A stretch of 63,434 nt of DNA, counting the filler, from Basidiobolus ranarum (Eukaryota): assembly GCA_040143965.1 (NCBI GenBank). It is 27 parts of 27 records of this genome, joined end to end, with 100 filler letters (N's around TTAATTAATTAA, not from the genome) between each part and the next. Parts side by side here need not be neighbours in the genome. Positions count along the whole stretch, not along the records: positions 11,803 to 14,061 come from JASJQH010010444.1; positions 14,162 to 16,419 come from JASJQH010010445.1; positions 16,520 to 18,776 come from JASJQH010010446.1; positions 18,877 to 21,133 come from JASJQH010010447.1; positions 21,234 to 23,489 come from JASJQH010010448.1; 22 more parts are not named here. One strand, written 5' to 3'. Positions 11,803 through 23,589 of the stretch are shown here, piece by piece. The notes beneath the pieces were generated by a model. The model saw nothing but the letters and a program-made list of their open reading frames with translations. It was not told where the DNA came from and did not search any database. Position 1 is the first letter of the stretch. Every line of letters starts with the position of its first letter. Made by a program: the position numbers and the translations under genes.

Positions 11803-12710
11803 TTGCCATTGCCATCCCCATCCCCATTACCACCCTTTCCGGCATCGTAAGCGCCAGCTCCATCACCGCCATTACCATTTCCATTGTCCCCGCCGTTTCC
11901 AGCTCCGCCATTGCCATCTCCATCACCATTTCCACCCTTTCCGGCATCGTAAGTACCTGATCCATTATCGCCATTACTGTTACCGTTATCACCACCATTG
12001 CGATCTCCGTTACCGTTTCCGCCTTTTCCAGTATCATAGGCACTAGCTCCATTACCGCCATTACCGTTGCCGTTATCACCACTGTTTCCAGCACCACCAT
12101 CGCCATCTCCATTACCATTTCCACCTTTTCCAGCATCATAGGCACCAGCACCCTTACCACCGTTCCCAGCTTCGCCGTGGCCATTGCCGTCTCCGTCTCC
12201 GTTACCGTTTCCACTCTTTCTGGCATCATAAGCACCAGCTCCATTACCACCGTCACCGTTATCATCACCATTTCCAGCACCACCATTGCCATCTCCGTTA
12301 CCATTTCTACCTTTTCCAGTATCATAGGCACCAGCTCCATTACCGCCATTACCGTTGCCGTTATCACCACTGTTTCCTGCACCACCATTGCCATCTCCAT
12401 CTCCATTACCATTTCCACCCTTTCCGGCATCATAAGCACCAGCTCCATTACTGCCATTACCATTTCCATTGTCACCACCGCTTCCAGCTCCGCCATTACC
12501 ATTACCATCTCCATTACTATCTCCACTACCACCCCTTCCGGCATCATAAGTACCAGCTTCATTACCATTGCCGTTATTACCGCCGTTAAAGAGGTCTTTA
12601 ACGTCATAGGCTCCATTGTCTCTTTCTTGCAACCTAGGGTTTAGTGCAGCTGCGTTAATGGCAGCAAGTCCAGAAAGAAGACATAATAACTTGAGGGCGG
12701 AAAATTTCAT
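11803..12710 (-). CDS. Secreted Gly/Asn/Asp-rich tandem-repeat protein, 3'-truncated
   Basis: Signal peptide MKFSALKLLCLLSGLAAINA, then at least 8 repeats of about 30 aa, consensus AGAYDAGKGGNGNGDGNGGAGNGGDNGNGNGGNG. Confidence 0.88.
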
Positions 12711-14161
12711 TGTCAAGTGTGTAGAAGTTGTTGATAAATAAAGTTGTTTCTATTGAATCTAAGTGAGATATTTTAGTAATATTCCTTATTGCGTTGTAGT
12801 TGTCTTTTATAGTACTGTAACCTACATGTTTGTTTGCCCCTTCTACTCCTTGATGCCCATTTTATTTCTCCTATTCATTGATGCGTATGTGTGGGGCAAG
12901 ATTCAAATCGGAGCAGTTATTTTCTTCTCACCCCGCACTTTTATCTATCGAGTTTTAATTGTGTTTCTTGACGGAAAATCCCCTATTGATATATCTTCAG
13001 TACGCATAGAGGCTTCCAGTGTACTGTAGCGTATTCGTCTATTGTAAGCAGGGATCTTAGTCTATAAATTTAACTTAGCACCAATGTAGCAAATGCATTC
13101 CAGATAATTCAGAAACTACTGATGATTGTAAATTAGTATTTTATCAACAATACTCCACTACAAGATCGCACAAACAATCTGGTATTCAGTAGAACTTAGT
13201 CTAAGTTTTGATTGGATCTTGTGTATGATTTTGTACATACTTGTCTCCTCCAAAGAAACTGGCAGTACTCTATTAATGATATAATGATTATCAAATTTTG
13301 TCATCTATTGGGATTGAATTCAGGAGGGATGAAAAGCACCTGGTGGTGTAAAATTCATTTAGCTTATATCGTAATCTAAATAAAGTGACAGTTAGGATAA
13401 CAATATATCAATATATGATTACCAATGTATTCAAGTACTGAGGATGTAAATATAGTGTTCAGGGTAGAAGGTGGTAAACAGAAGGGAAGGAAAGCAGGGT
13501 ACATCTTATACACAATCAAACAGAAAGCTAGAGTAATAAATATCAAGAATGGAGCATTGGATAAAAGGTCCCGATCATCTCTCTGATAGTCTATGGCAAC
13601 GATTTTAAACTTCACTGCTCACATACAATAGGATCATCTTGAACCAATTTCAAGCAGGATAGTGAATTTGAAGAAGGTGAGGTAGGCCACTACTTAATCA
13701 GGGGGTTTCTGTGGAGAAGTGATTTGGAGTACTAAAAGAATTGGTGGTTTTTGTTAAAGTATTTTAGGAGATTGTTGGAATTGATGATGAATTTACGCAT
13801 ATCAGAGTTACCAAGAGTACCACAACCAGCATTGAAGGAGAATTATACTGAAATTGAAAATAGATTGGAAGTAAGAGACACTGAAATAAGTTCACTAACA
13901 CACCTTCAAATTCTGCCATATCGTGACGTAGGAAATTTTAACCTTGAGCGCTGGTAGGGGTGCTTGAATATTGACACATCCGGTAGAATAAGAATGACAG
14001 GCATGACCACAACATAACCAATAGTTTTGATACCGACTGGGTATATATAGAAGTTGGGAAANNNNNNNNNNNNNNNNNNNNNNNNNNNNNNNNNNNNNNN
14101 NNNNNTTAATTAATTAANNNNNNNNNNNNNNNNNNNNNNNNNNNNNNNNNNNNNNNNNNNN

Positions 14162-14558
14162 TAATGACATTTTTTCCCATTTTAGAGCAAGAGTAGAACA
14201 TAGCTTTGGTTTCCTAAAGAGATATAGCATTGTAGCAGGAAAGTATAGAGGAAAATCATTTTGTGGGCCTCAATCAAAGTTAGGCAAAGTAGTCAAAATC
14301 TTGATTAATTCTCAATACATCCATACTCAAAGATATCCATTGAGAGCTCTAGACTTAAGACACTATGAACAAAGCTTTCATTATCTTTTGAATGTGCAAT
14401 AATGTCTAAAAGTACTTTTCTTGAACATACCACATGAGTAAAATAAACTGTTTCAAAAATGGTAAATAACATTGTGCCGGATAGTGCCTTATCATGCCAA
14501 TATGTGCTGGCACACTTTTTAGCTGGCCTGATCTGGCTCAATAAAATGGAACAAGTCT
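14162..14558 (+). mobile_element. 3' end of a DDE_Tnp_4-type (PIF/Harbinger/ISL2EU-like) DNA transposon
   Basis: NDIFSHFRARVEHSFGFLKRYSIVAGKYRG at about 14163-14250 carries the R..VE..FG.LK catalytic-Glu motif. Ends in ATGGAACAAGTCT, the same terminus as at 16297 and 35626. Confidence 0.65.
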
Positions 14559-14559
14559 A

Positions 14560-15937
14560 TTTAAGATGGGATCAAAGTTTGAATCAATTGGGAAAATGCT
14601 TCAAAATGTCAAGATGCAATCATATTTTACCAGGACTCCCATCAATATCCAGTCATCTAGGCATTTATACAAATGGAAAGACTGGAAGTATTGGATTTGT
14701 ATTTATTCAAGTGGAATCTTGAAAAGATTTCTGCCTAATATGTATTGGCAACATTGGGGGTTCTTTGTAGATATTGATAATATATTTTTATGACATTAAC
14801 TCACTTTGGGAGATCTTGGGCAGATTCAGCAACTGTGCAAAGAATTTGTAGTTGAATATTATAAACTTTATTACAAGTTTAGAGAAGCTAGATTGAATCT
14901 ATCCCAGTATTCAGTACATTCCCTGTTGAATCTTTCACAATGCTTAGAGATTGTATGCCCTTGCTATACATTCTGGGAGTTCCCAATGGAGCACACCTGT
15001 GGTGAAACATTGCTCTGTGTGAAGTCATCAGTATTACTGTATGCTAATCTGATCAACAATGTATCAGAAAAATCAGTGATGGATATAATGCAATGGGTAA
15101 AGGAGACCACACAGTAAATTAATATTCTAACAAAGGGCCCTTTTCACTGTGCTCATGGATTTTTGCATTGTTTGAGCACAATAACAGCTACAAAACCTAA
15201 TCCATGGACATAGAGTAAATACCTCTATAATTTGAACTAATTTGTTTGTGTAATAATCCAATGGTCTTTCAAGGAGAGCTGCAAGACAGACTTCTTGGTG
15301 AGATAGAAAAAGATATGCGGTATTATCAAGTTAGCTATGGGGTAATATATCCAAGCAATGGCACATCTACTTGTGGCAAGACATTTGTAAACTGCAAGTT
15401 GGGGATATTTTGGCTAAACTGTTTGCAGAAATTTGCCAAAATCCAAGAGCTTAATCTCATTATGAATGGTAAGAAGAGTCAGATATTTAGCAATTTTTCC
15501 ACCATTAGTATGCTAGTAAAGCATATCAATGTTGGTGAGTTATGTCTAATCAGTCAAGTATGTGCATATGTAAAGACTAAACAAAACAAGATTCTTGAAT
15601 TTTTTGATTCTTGTGATGGCCGGAATATAAAGCATAAAATATATAAATAAAGGCATGCAGATTAATACAAATTCCTACAGCAGTACACCCAGTAATTTGC
15701 CAATTGAAAATTAGATTTTTGTGAAAAATGCCGGAAATCAAATAACCAAATGCTAAATATGAAGATCAATATTTTAACATGGATGAATACCTTCAAAATA
15801 CTATCAAAAAACTGCCATCACAGCATCAAAATCCCTGTCAGAATGCAAGCCACCAACATTGTGACAGCTCACTGATGGTATTGCAATCCACAAGAGAGGA
15901 TGCAATCAGGATCAAATTGATTTTATGTTTGTTAGGT
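14560..15937 (+). mobile_element. Degenerate CACTA/CMC transposase 3' half and right terminus
   Basis: KWKDWKYWICIYS..LPNMYWQHW, YYKFREARL..VHSLL and GPCYTFWEFPMEHTCG-type motifs of En/Spm-like transposases, with stops and frameshifts. Ends GATCAAATTGATTTTATGTTTGTTAGG. Confidence 0.85.
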
Positions 15938-16053
15938 ATACAAGCTGTTGCATATATGAGGCTTCCAACTGCACTACAGTAAGGAATATATTTCATGCTT
16001 TCAATATCTTCAGAGGTCTTATATTCCATATCCCTGTTAAGTGTCAGCATATA
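15938..16053 (-). mobile_element. Ty1/copia reverse transcriptase fragment between two CACTA ends
   Basis: MKYIPYCSAVGSLIYA resembles the copia PY.S.VGSLMY motif. Confidence 0.7.
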
Positions 16054-16296
16054 CCCTAACAGAAATTTGAGGATTGTTATTGTAACAAAACCATCAAAAT
16101 TCTAATCCATTTTCAATTAACCATTTACTAAGGATCACAAGATTGTCAAGTTAGGTTTGATTTTGATCAATTTTTTTCAGTTTCAGGTGTGAAATTTCAA
16201 GATCACAAATATTTTTGTGCATGATTGGCAATAATCTTAGAGAGCTATGGATCAGCACATGTGCAAAAATCATAACTCAAATTTTGCATATTTATT
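16054..16296 (+). mobile_element. CACTA/CMC element left terminus
   Basis: CCCTAACAGAAATTTGAGGATTG..., also found at 26095(-), 39812(+), 40844(-) and 59270(-). Confidence 0.85.
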
Positions 16297-16419
16297 AGAC
16301 TTGTTCCATTGGACCAGGTCAGATTGTGCTGCTCAATCCAGCCTGCTAGTACACCATCTGGCGCAATCTGTCAATTACCATGGCTGGGTCCTATAAAACT
16401 CAATTGGACACTATAAGGA
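16297..16419 (+). mobile_element. Terminus of the DDE_Tnp_4 element inserted in a CACTA end
   Basis: AGACTTGTTCCAT..., reverse complement of about 35503-35626. Confidence 0.7.
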
Positions 16420-16519
16420 NNNNNNNNNNNNNNNNNNNNNNNNNNNNNNNNNNNNNNNNNNNNTTAATTAATTAANNNNNNNNNNNNNNNNNNNNNNNNN
16501 NNNNNNNNNNNNNNNNNNN

Positions 16520-17791
16520 TTATTGGATTTGTATATATTCAAGTGGAATCTTGAAAAGATCTCTGACTGATAAGTATTGGCAACATTGGGAGTTGTTAGT
16601 GAATGTTGTTGACATATTCTTATGACATTGACTCACATTGGCAGATCTCAGGCAGATATAGTGGCTGTGCAAAGATTTTGTAAATGGATATGGAAAACTT
16701 TCTAACATGTTTAGGAAAGATAGACTGAATCTATGCTGGTATACAATACATTCCCTGCTGCATCTTTTACAATGCTTGGAGATTACAGGCCCTTGCCATA
16801 CATTCTGGGAGTCCCTGATGGAGTGCACAAGTGGTGAAATGGGGCTTCATGTGAATTCATCACTATTTCTGTATGATATTATGATTAACAATATATCAGC
16901 AAAATCAGTGATGTTTGTAATGCAATGGATTAAGGAGACTCCAGAGTATATTAACCTTCCAACAGAGGGCTCTTTTCAATGTGCTCACAGGTTTTTGCAT
17001 GGTTTGGGCACAATAAAAGCAACAAAGCCCAATCTATGGACACAGAGTAAGTACCTCTATAACTTGGACTAATTTGCTTGAGTAAAAATCTTATGGCTTT
17101 CTAGGAGAGCTGCCATTCAGACTTCTTGCTGCAATAGATCAAAATATGCAGTATTGTTGTTTTAGCCATGGGGTAATCTATTCAAGCATTGACAGATCTA
17201 CTTGTGGCAGGACATTTGTTGACTGCAAGTTGGGGATATTTTGGCTGAATTCTTTACAAAAATTTGCCAAAATCCAAGAGCTTATTCTCATTGTGAATGG
17301 TAACAAGAGTCTGCTATTTGCCAAGTATCAGTGCTATTCAAGATTTCAGATGTTTAGCAATTTTTCTGCCATTATTTTGCTGGTAAAGCATATTGATGTT
17401 GTTGAGTTATGTCTGATCAGTCAAGTATGTGTCAATGTAGAGACTAAACACAACATAATTCCTGTATTTTTTGATTCTCATTATGGCTGGAATACAAAGC
17501 CTAAAATATCTAGAGAAAGACATGCATAATAATTCAAATTCCTATGGCAGAAAGCCCAATAATTTGCTATTCAAAAATTAGATTTCACAAAAATTGCTGG
17601 AAAATTGAATAACATATGCCAAATATGTGGATAATGTTTTAACATGTAAGAATACCATCAAGATGGCACAGTCTTGCCATCAAAATCCCTGGCAGAATGC
17701 AAGCCACCAATAGTGTGATGGTTCTCCGATGGTTTAGCAATCCAGAAGGGTGGATCAAATCTAGATCAAATGGAATTTAGCTTTATTAGGG
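16520..17791 (+). mobile_element. Degenerate CACTA/CMC transposase 3' half and right terminus
   Basis: YTIHSLLHLLQCLEITGPCHTFWESLMECTSG; co-linear with 14690-15937; ends TTATTAGGG. Confidence 0.85.
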
Positions 17792-18776
17792 TAGCTACAA
17801 TAAAAGAATTGCTTTCAAGCAAAGACTACTTTATAGAACAGCAAAATCAGGAAACATACTTGTTGGGGATTTGTTGTCACAACAAGTCATACAATCACTT
17901 GTTCATAGAGACATTTTCAATGATTACCAACAAGAATTCTCAGATATGGTACACTAATTCTGGTGCCTCCAAATATTACACAAATGAAGAATATTTGATT
18001 TTGAATCTTGGAGAAATATCACCACAGACATTGTAAGAACAGTATGGCACCATCCCATCACAATTAGTCATGATAATATTTTTGGAAATATTGTGTCAGC
18101 ACATAACAGGTCATATAGACTAGAATTACCAAGTTAAGATTTTGGATAAATAACAGTGCAAGTTTGTTTCCTAATCTGTGACTTGCCAATGGTTGAATGT
18201 ATGACAATAAGCAATTTGTTCTGTAACTTACCCCATCATGTGTATGAGCAAAACATATGTATATTTATGGCCACTCATCTCTTGCTGATTATCATAGTCA
18301 GATCTTCAATTGGGTCCAATGGTTCCTGTATCATGAAACATTAGTAGTTTTAGTATACTAGGGGCAATTCACAGCACTTTGTGATAGGACACTCTGCAGT
18401 ATGATAAATTTAACCAGGATCACTTTAGCATCATTTTTGGATGAACAAGCTATTTATTTAATCATGTGAGCTTGTATTTGGCCAAAAACATGAATAGCTT
18501 GAGCCAAATCTAACCAACATGGCTGCACAAGTGGTTCACTGACTCCCATTTTCATTTAATTGTAATGAAATGGTATGAATGAATAGGATATCAATGCCTG
18601 TTTTTGAATATGATGATTTCACACTTTCAGTTCTACATAAGGTTAAAAGCAATTGTAATCAAACTGAAGTGTTTTATCATCTAGTGTGTAGAAAGTGGCT
18701 TTAGAAGAAGAACATTCAACTTGACATTCAGTCTGATGTTGACCATGCAGATATCTGGGAAGAACTTAATACAGAG
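17792..18776. mobile_element. Nested TE debris: copia protease fragment, DDE_Tnp_4-element fragment and CACTA second-ORF fragment
   Basis: WYTNSGASKY (copia protease W.DSGAS.H) near 17945. 18040-18185 matches 35359-35500 in reverse. 18690-18776 matches 40305-40395. Confidence 0.7.
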
Positions 18777-18876
18777 NNNNNNNNNNNNNNNNNNNNNNNN
18801 NNNNNNNNNNNNNNNNNNNNTTAATTAATTAANNNNNNNNNNNNNNNNNNNNNNNNNNNNNNNNNNNNNNNNNNNN

Positions 18877-18990
18877 TACATGTTAATTTGTTTACATATT
18901 TAAAAAACTATAAATGTCAACTTCCTACTCAATAAAGCAATAAGTGAAAAACCATTAATTTTAACAATTCTTCAAACCACTTCCAACTTA
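18877..18990 (+). mobile_element. Copia LTR 3' fragment
   Basis: AAAACTATAAATGTCAACTT..CTACTCAATAAA..AACCACTTCCAAC, shared with the LTR at 22670-23017. Confidence 0.8.
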
Positions 18991-19263
18991 TCATATAAAA
19001 TCACATAATCCCAGTAATTCGATCAATTCTTTCAGTTCATTTAAACTATAATTGCGGTATCTAGTTAAATTAAGCAGGTGATCAGCATTAGTATTATTAA
19101 GCCAGAGACTGGTTTCTTCTCAAGGCCATCCATTCCCACATTCACATTCTAGATTGTATAATCGCGATTGAACCACTCACTGATCATACTTGCAAGTATA
19201 CGATTTGGTTAAGTCACATATAGCGCCTTAATTGACTACCATAACCAACTTTCACTAAACCGT

Positions 19264-20029
19264 ATGGACGTTCCTGAAAGAAAATCTACAAGCAAAAGGA
19301 GGCTTTTATCCTATGGATGGTGGATCATTATTGTCATCATCAGGTAACACTTTCCTATGGAATTGTCTAACACAATCTTTGATTTTTTATCGTTCTTTCA
19401 CTATGTAGTTTGATAATTATAAGTACCTTAAGAAATGTATACTATGCTGGAAAGGAGGAGAGCCCCGAATCAAATGAGTATATAACTCCTGTAAAACAAA
19501 CTCCTTCTGATCTTCCTAACCAAGCTGGAAATACCACAAATCCTGATGTGAACGAACAAATCCGTCTGAGTGACCGTTTTCAGTGCTATTCTTTAGGGTC
19601 TTGCCAAAAATGTAGTGAAGCAGAGATGGTATTTTATTGTATAGCTATTACTTTTCTCTTGAATTTGTTGACTCAATCGTACCATTTAGATTACGGAGGA
19701 TACTTGCAAAGATACAGGTTATAGAGAGCCTATTCAATGTTCGTATAAGGACTCGAACAAACCTTCGCCAAAGGAACCAGTCGAGGTTTTACCCACTTTT
19801 CGTAATTGTTCCAGAACGAAATACCAAGGAAAACTACAATTCTTTAAGTTCTTGGTGAGAGAGAAAATAAGAATATAATTACCACACCAGTTATTCTAAC
19901 ACATTCATTTTCATCCAGGGATTTGTCATTTTTATCAGCGTTTGCTCTGGGACTTTACTAGTTTTGCGTCGTAGGAAAATACAAAGAGAGCAATATCGTC
20001 GTTTAATGCGTCGTATCGAAAACGCTTAA
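19264..20029 (+). CDS. JTB: JTB (jumping translocation breakpoint)-family membrane protein, 191 aa; exons 19264-19343, 19409-19628, 19690-19854, 19919-20029
   Basis: Spliced product: N-terminal hydrophobic segment, then CYSLGSCQKCSEAEMITEDTCKDTGYREPIQC...FRNCSRTKYQGKLQFFKFLGFVIFISVCSGTLLVLRRRKIQREQYRRLMRRIENA*. This matches the JTB pattern of six Cys, TGY.E.I.C, F.KF.G, TM and basic tail. All introns are GT-AG and phase-consistent. Confidence 0.82.
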
Positions 20030-20539
20030 ACAAACAAAAGTCATGGATTCTTCATTTATCTTTGAATGTTATTATATCTGTTGATAAATCTCTGCATATG
20101 TGAGAACATAGTTTATCATAGTGCATTTAATTATACGTCAACTTTTCGCTATTACTAACAATGATAGTCTTGCTTGCTTTTGATATACACATTACCAATA
20201 CATATGTACTCTTATCGGAGGAATTTTTTCTTTTCTAACCCAAAAATGTCTCGTTCGTATCGGGAATAAAGATTGCTTACATTGTACGTTTGATTTCAAC
20301 AAAAATGATTTTAATCAAATTAATAGTAAACAAGTAAATGAGGCTAAGTAGTAGTACTAGTAGTTGTTGCAAAGCAAGAAGGAAGAATAAAGAAAGGCCG
20401 GGCAAGAAGGAAGGATCGACCACTTAATATTTAATGGTGGGTGTATCTTAAGTTTTCGAAGGGGATTTCGAAATGGTTTTATGACCTGTGCTGTATATTA
20501 ACAGTATGGTATAAATATCATTGCAGCCCAGAGATTAAT

Positions 20540-21133
20540 CTATTTACCAGACCTTGCGTGCTTTATTAACCATTGTAATATGAGGTCGATGTTCACCTGA
20601 TGTTTAGCTGAGATAGAATAACAGTACAGCTCTCGATTAGTAATAGATTTCAAGTTCCTATAAAGCAAAGGTTAAGGTTAATGATCGGTTGAATAGATGG
20701 AAATATTGAAAAATAAATGGCCAACATGATTTCTATCAACTCATCAACTGTTAGTGCACCTGGAAGATCATTTTTGTTACCAAGTACTAAGACAGGTATG
20801 TTTGCAAGTTGCGGTTTCTCTAGCAAACTCCTTAGTTCAGTCTTCGCCGCATCAAACTTTTCATGATCAGCAGAGTCGATGACAAATCTATAATGACAAG
20901 TAGAAACATTATTAATAAATATGACTTGGGGTATAAATAAAACAGCAGTAAGAAGCATTAAGGACTCCATTCACTTACACAATCGAGTTCACACCACGGC
21001 AGTATCTCTCCCACATACTCCTGAATCGTGGTTGTCCTCCAAAATCCCATAGCTTCAAGGTGACATTTCAGTTGGTCACTTTTCACATATTGAAACCGAC
21101 TGAGGGTATCATATAGTCTGTGATTTGACCAAA
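20540..21133 (-). CDS. ARL8: ADP-ribosylation factor-like GTPase ARL8, 5'-truncated; two in-frame TGA near the contig end
   Basis: [53 protein letters not shown]|..[29 protein letters not shown] codons at 21083-21085 and 21068-21070. Confidence 0.92.
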
Positions 21134-21233
21134 NNNNNNNNNNNNNNNNNNNNNNNNNNNNNNNNNNNNNNNNNNNNTTAATTAATTAANNNNNNNNNNN
21201 NNNNNNNNNNNNNNNNNNNNNNNNNNNNNNNNN

Positions 21234-21567
21234 GGAGCCTGTTGGAAGTGGTTTGGAGAATCAGAGGAATTGGTGTTTTTCACTTATTGATTTATTGAGT
21301 AGAAAGTTGACATTTATAGTTTTGTCAAGATGTAAACAAACTAATGTGTAGAATATGTTAAGGAAGGTACCAGGAACATGTGTGCAAAGTTTGGGGCTTC
21401 TAGCACAAGTTTGAAAATTCTATATATCTGAGAACTTCTAAGTTGGTAAAATTATTCTAAGTAAATTCCAATTGAGAATAATTGATAATATCTTGGTTAA
21501 TTATAAGATAACTAAGTACCAAGCTATATATTACTATATAGGTGCTGAGGCAATGCTAATTTCAACA
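21234..21567 (-). mobile_element. Copia LTR, reverse orientation, truncated by contig start
   Basis: Reverse complement begins TGTTGAAATTAGCATTGCC and is co-linear with 22670-23017. Confidence 0.9.
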
Positions 21568-21599
21568 TTGCACAGTTTAATTCAATCAGATTGATTTTA

Positions 21600-23017
21600 G
21601 CAATTTCAGCTAAATACCAGTTTATTGTACATCTAATGGATGTTAAAACTACTTTTGTGAATGATGAGCTTGTTGAGGAAATCTATATGAATCTTCCAGA
21701 TGGTGTTGGGGACCCAGCAAGCCATTAAAAAGGTTGCAGCCTCCAGCAAACACTCTATGGCTTAAAACAATCTCAACAAGCTTGGAATAGGAAAATAGAC
21801 GCTTTTTTGGAACCACTCTAATTACAAAAGAGTAATGCTGACTACAGTTTCTACTTTGGGCCAGAAAAGACAAGCCCAGTTTTATTAGCTTTACATATAG
21901 ATTACCTTATTATAGCAAGCAATGCCTTAAAAACTTTGGAGAAAACCAAATCCAGCTTATCTGCCAAATTCAAAATGACTGATCTTGGTGAACTGATGGG
22001 ATATCTTGGAATCCAAATTAAGATATGTCAAACTACCAAACTAACAACTCTATCCCAGTCTAAGTATATCCTAGATATACTAAAGAAGTCTAAAATGGAA
22101 GAATGTAATCCAGTATCTTTCTCAATGGAGACAAATCTTAACTAGACCAAAAATGGCTCAAATCAGATGTGTTTGGATTCAAACAAAGACTAGAATTTTC
22201 CTTATCAATCTAAAATTGTTATTTTGATGTATATCACAGTTTGAACATGGTCAGATATTGCACATTCTGTGAGTGTTATTTGCTAATATCTAAGAAAAAA
22301 CGAAATGTAGCACTTTCAATAACATGCAGAAGATATGGCTGCTTGTGAAGCAACAAAAGAAGCAATATGGTTAAGAAAGCTCTTAACAAGCTTAGCTTAT
22401 TCTCAAAATTCGCCAACTGTATTATTTCAAGATAATCAAAGGTGTGTCAAATTAGCTAAAAATCTAATGTTTCATAATAGAAGCCAACATATAGATACTA
22501 ATCATCACTTCATTAAAGAGAATGTAGAGAATGAGTTTATTGACTTAACTTATTGTTCTACAGAAGACATGATTGCTGATATAATAACCAAACCATTAGC
22601 TAGACAGAAATTTCAGAAATTTAGACCTTAGTTAGGATTTGTTTATATCACTATTTAGTAGAGTGAAAGTGTTGATATTAGCATTGCCTAAGCACCTATA
22701 TAGTCATATACAGCTTAGTACTTAGTTATCTTACAAATCAGTAAGATATTATCACTTAATCTCAATTGGAATTCACTTGGAATATTTTTATCAACTTAAA
22801 AGTTCTCAGATTTGTGGATTTTTCAAACTTGTGCTAGAAGCCCCAAACTTTGCACAAATTTTCCCAGGTCCTTCATTGACACATTCTACATGTTAGTTTG
22901 TTTACTTCTTGACAAAACTATAAATGTCAACTTTCTACTCAATATATAAATAAGTGAAAACCACTAATTTCTCTAATTCTCCCAACCACTTCCAACAAGC
23001 TCCTAAATACTTTGACA
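21600..23017 (+). mobile_element. Degenerate Ty1/copia 3' end: RT, RNase H, PPT and 3' LTR (22670-23017)
   Basis: FKMTDLGELMGYLGIQI, SQSKYILDILKK, AACEATKEAIWLRKLL, QDNQ, HNRSQHIDTNHHFIKE, DMIADIITKPL. Purine tract AGAGTGAAAG precedes a TG...CA LTR. Confidence 0.92.
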
Positions 23018-23177
23018 CCAGGTTCCATGGTAAAGTCAAGATTTTTTGCCAGTATATCTGACTCTGGAAATACAGATCATTGGAATGGTGGGAAGAGTTT
23101 GGTAAGTGGGACAACAGAGCCCAAACTCACTGGTTCCTTTGCTTTTGCCTTGGGTTTACAAACTTCCTGCTCCTTTG

Positions 23178-23370
23178 CCCTAACAAAAATAAATCAATTT
23201 GATCCAGATTGGATCCACCCTTCTGGAGTGCAAAACCATCAGAAAACTGGCACAATATTGGTGGCTTGCATTCTGCCAGGTATTCTGATGGTGTGATGGT
23301 GGTTTCATAATGGCATTTTGAAGGTATTCATACATGTTAAGTATTGATCCTCATAATTGGCATGCATTGT
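23178..23370 (-). mobile_element. CACTA/CMC right terminus, reversed
   Basis: CCCTAACAAAAATAAATCAATTTGATCCAGATTGGATCCACCC. Confidence 0.85.
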
Positions 23371-23589
23371 AGTGGGGCAGCATTGCTACCCACTGGCAGG
23401 TTGACTTATTTCCACTCCAAGCTCATATCATTACTATTGCACAATTTTTATTTTATTATCCTTATTTGACTTACCCATATTTTCTAGCCNNNNNNNNNNN
23501 NNNNNNNNNNNNNNNNNNNNNNNNNNNNNNNNNTTAATTAATTAANNNNNNNNNNNNNNNNNNNNNNNNNNNNNNNNNNNNNNNNNNNN

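Noticed and set aside
11747-12644. Alternative-frame Met/Val-rich ORF (11747-12616) and antisense Ile/Thr-rich ORF (12177-12644)
   Set aside because: Shadow ORFs of the GGN-AAY repeat. Only the Gly-rich frame has a signal peptide and synonymous-position variation.
7083-14061. NRPS flanked by secreted-protein genes as a biosynthetic gene cluster
   Set aside because: The genes are on separate contigs that are adjacent only because of similar length.
19294-19311. 18-nt match AAAAGGAGGCTTTTATCC shared by JTB and the Ulp1-like gene (near 30844)
   Set aside because: Both encode KRRLLS in unrelated proteins with no flanking similarity; probably chance.
21068-21085. TGA recoding or an alternative genetic code in ARL8
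   Set aside because: The two TGAs replace different residues (Arg and Gly) and cluster with other errors at a contig end; no other intact gene here needs readthrough.
21234-23017. Long inverted repeats around an RT as a DIRS-like or novel inverted-LTR element
   Set aside because: The internal sequence is ordinary copia RT/RNase H with PPT and 3' LTR. The reversed LTR is best explained as an independent insertion of the same family.
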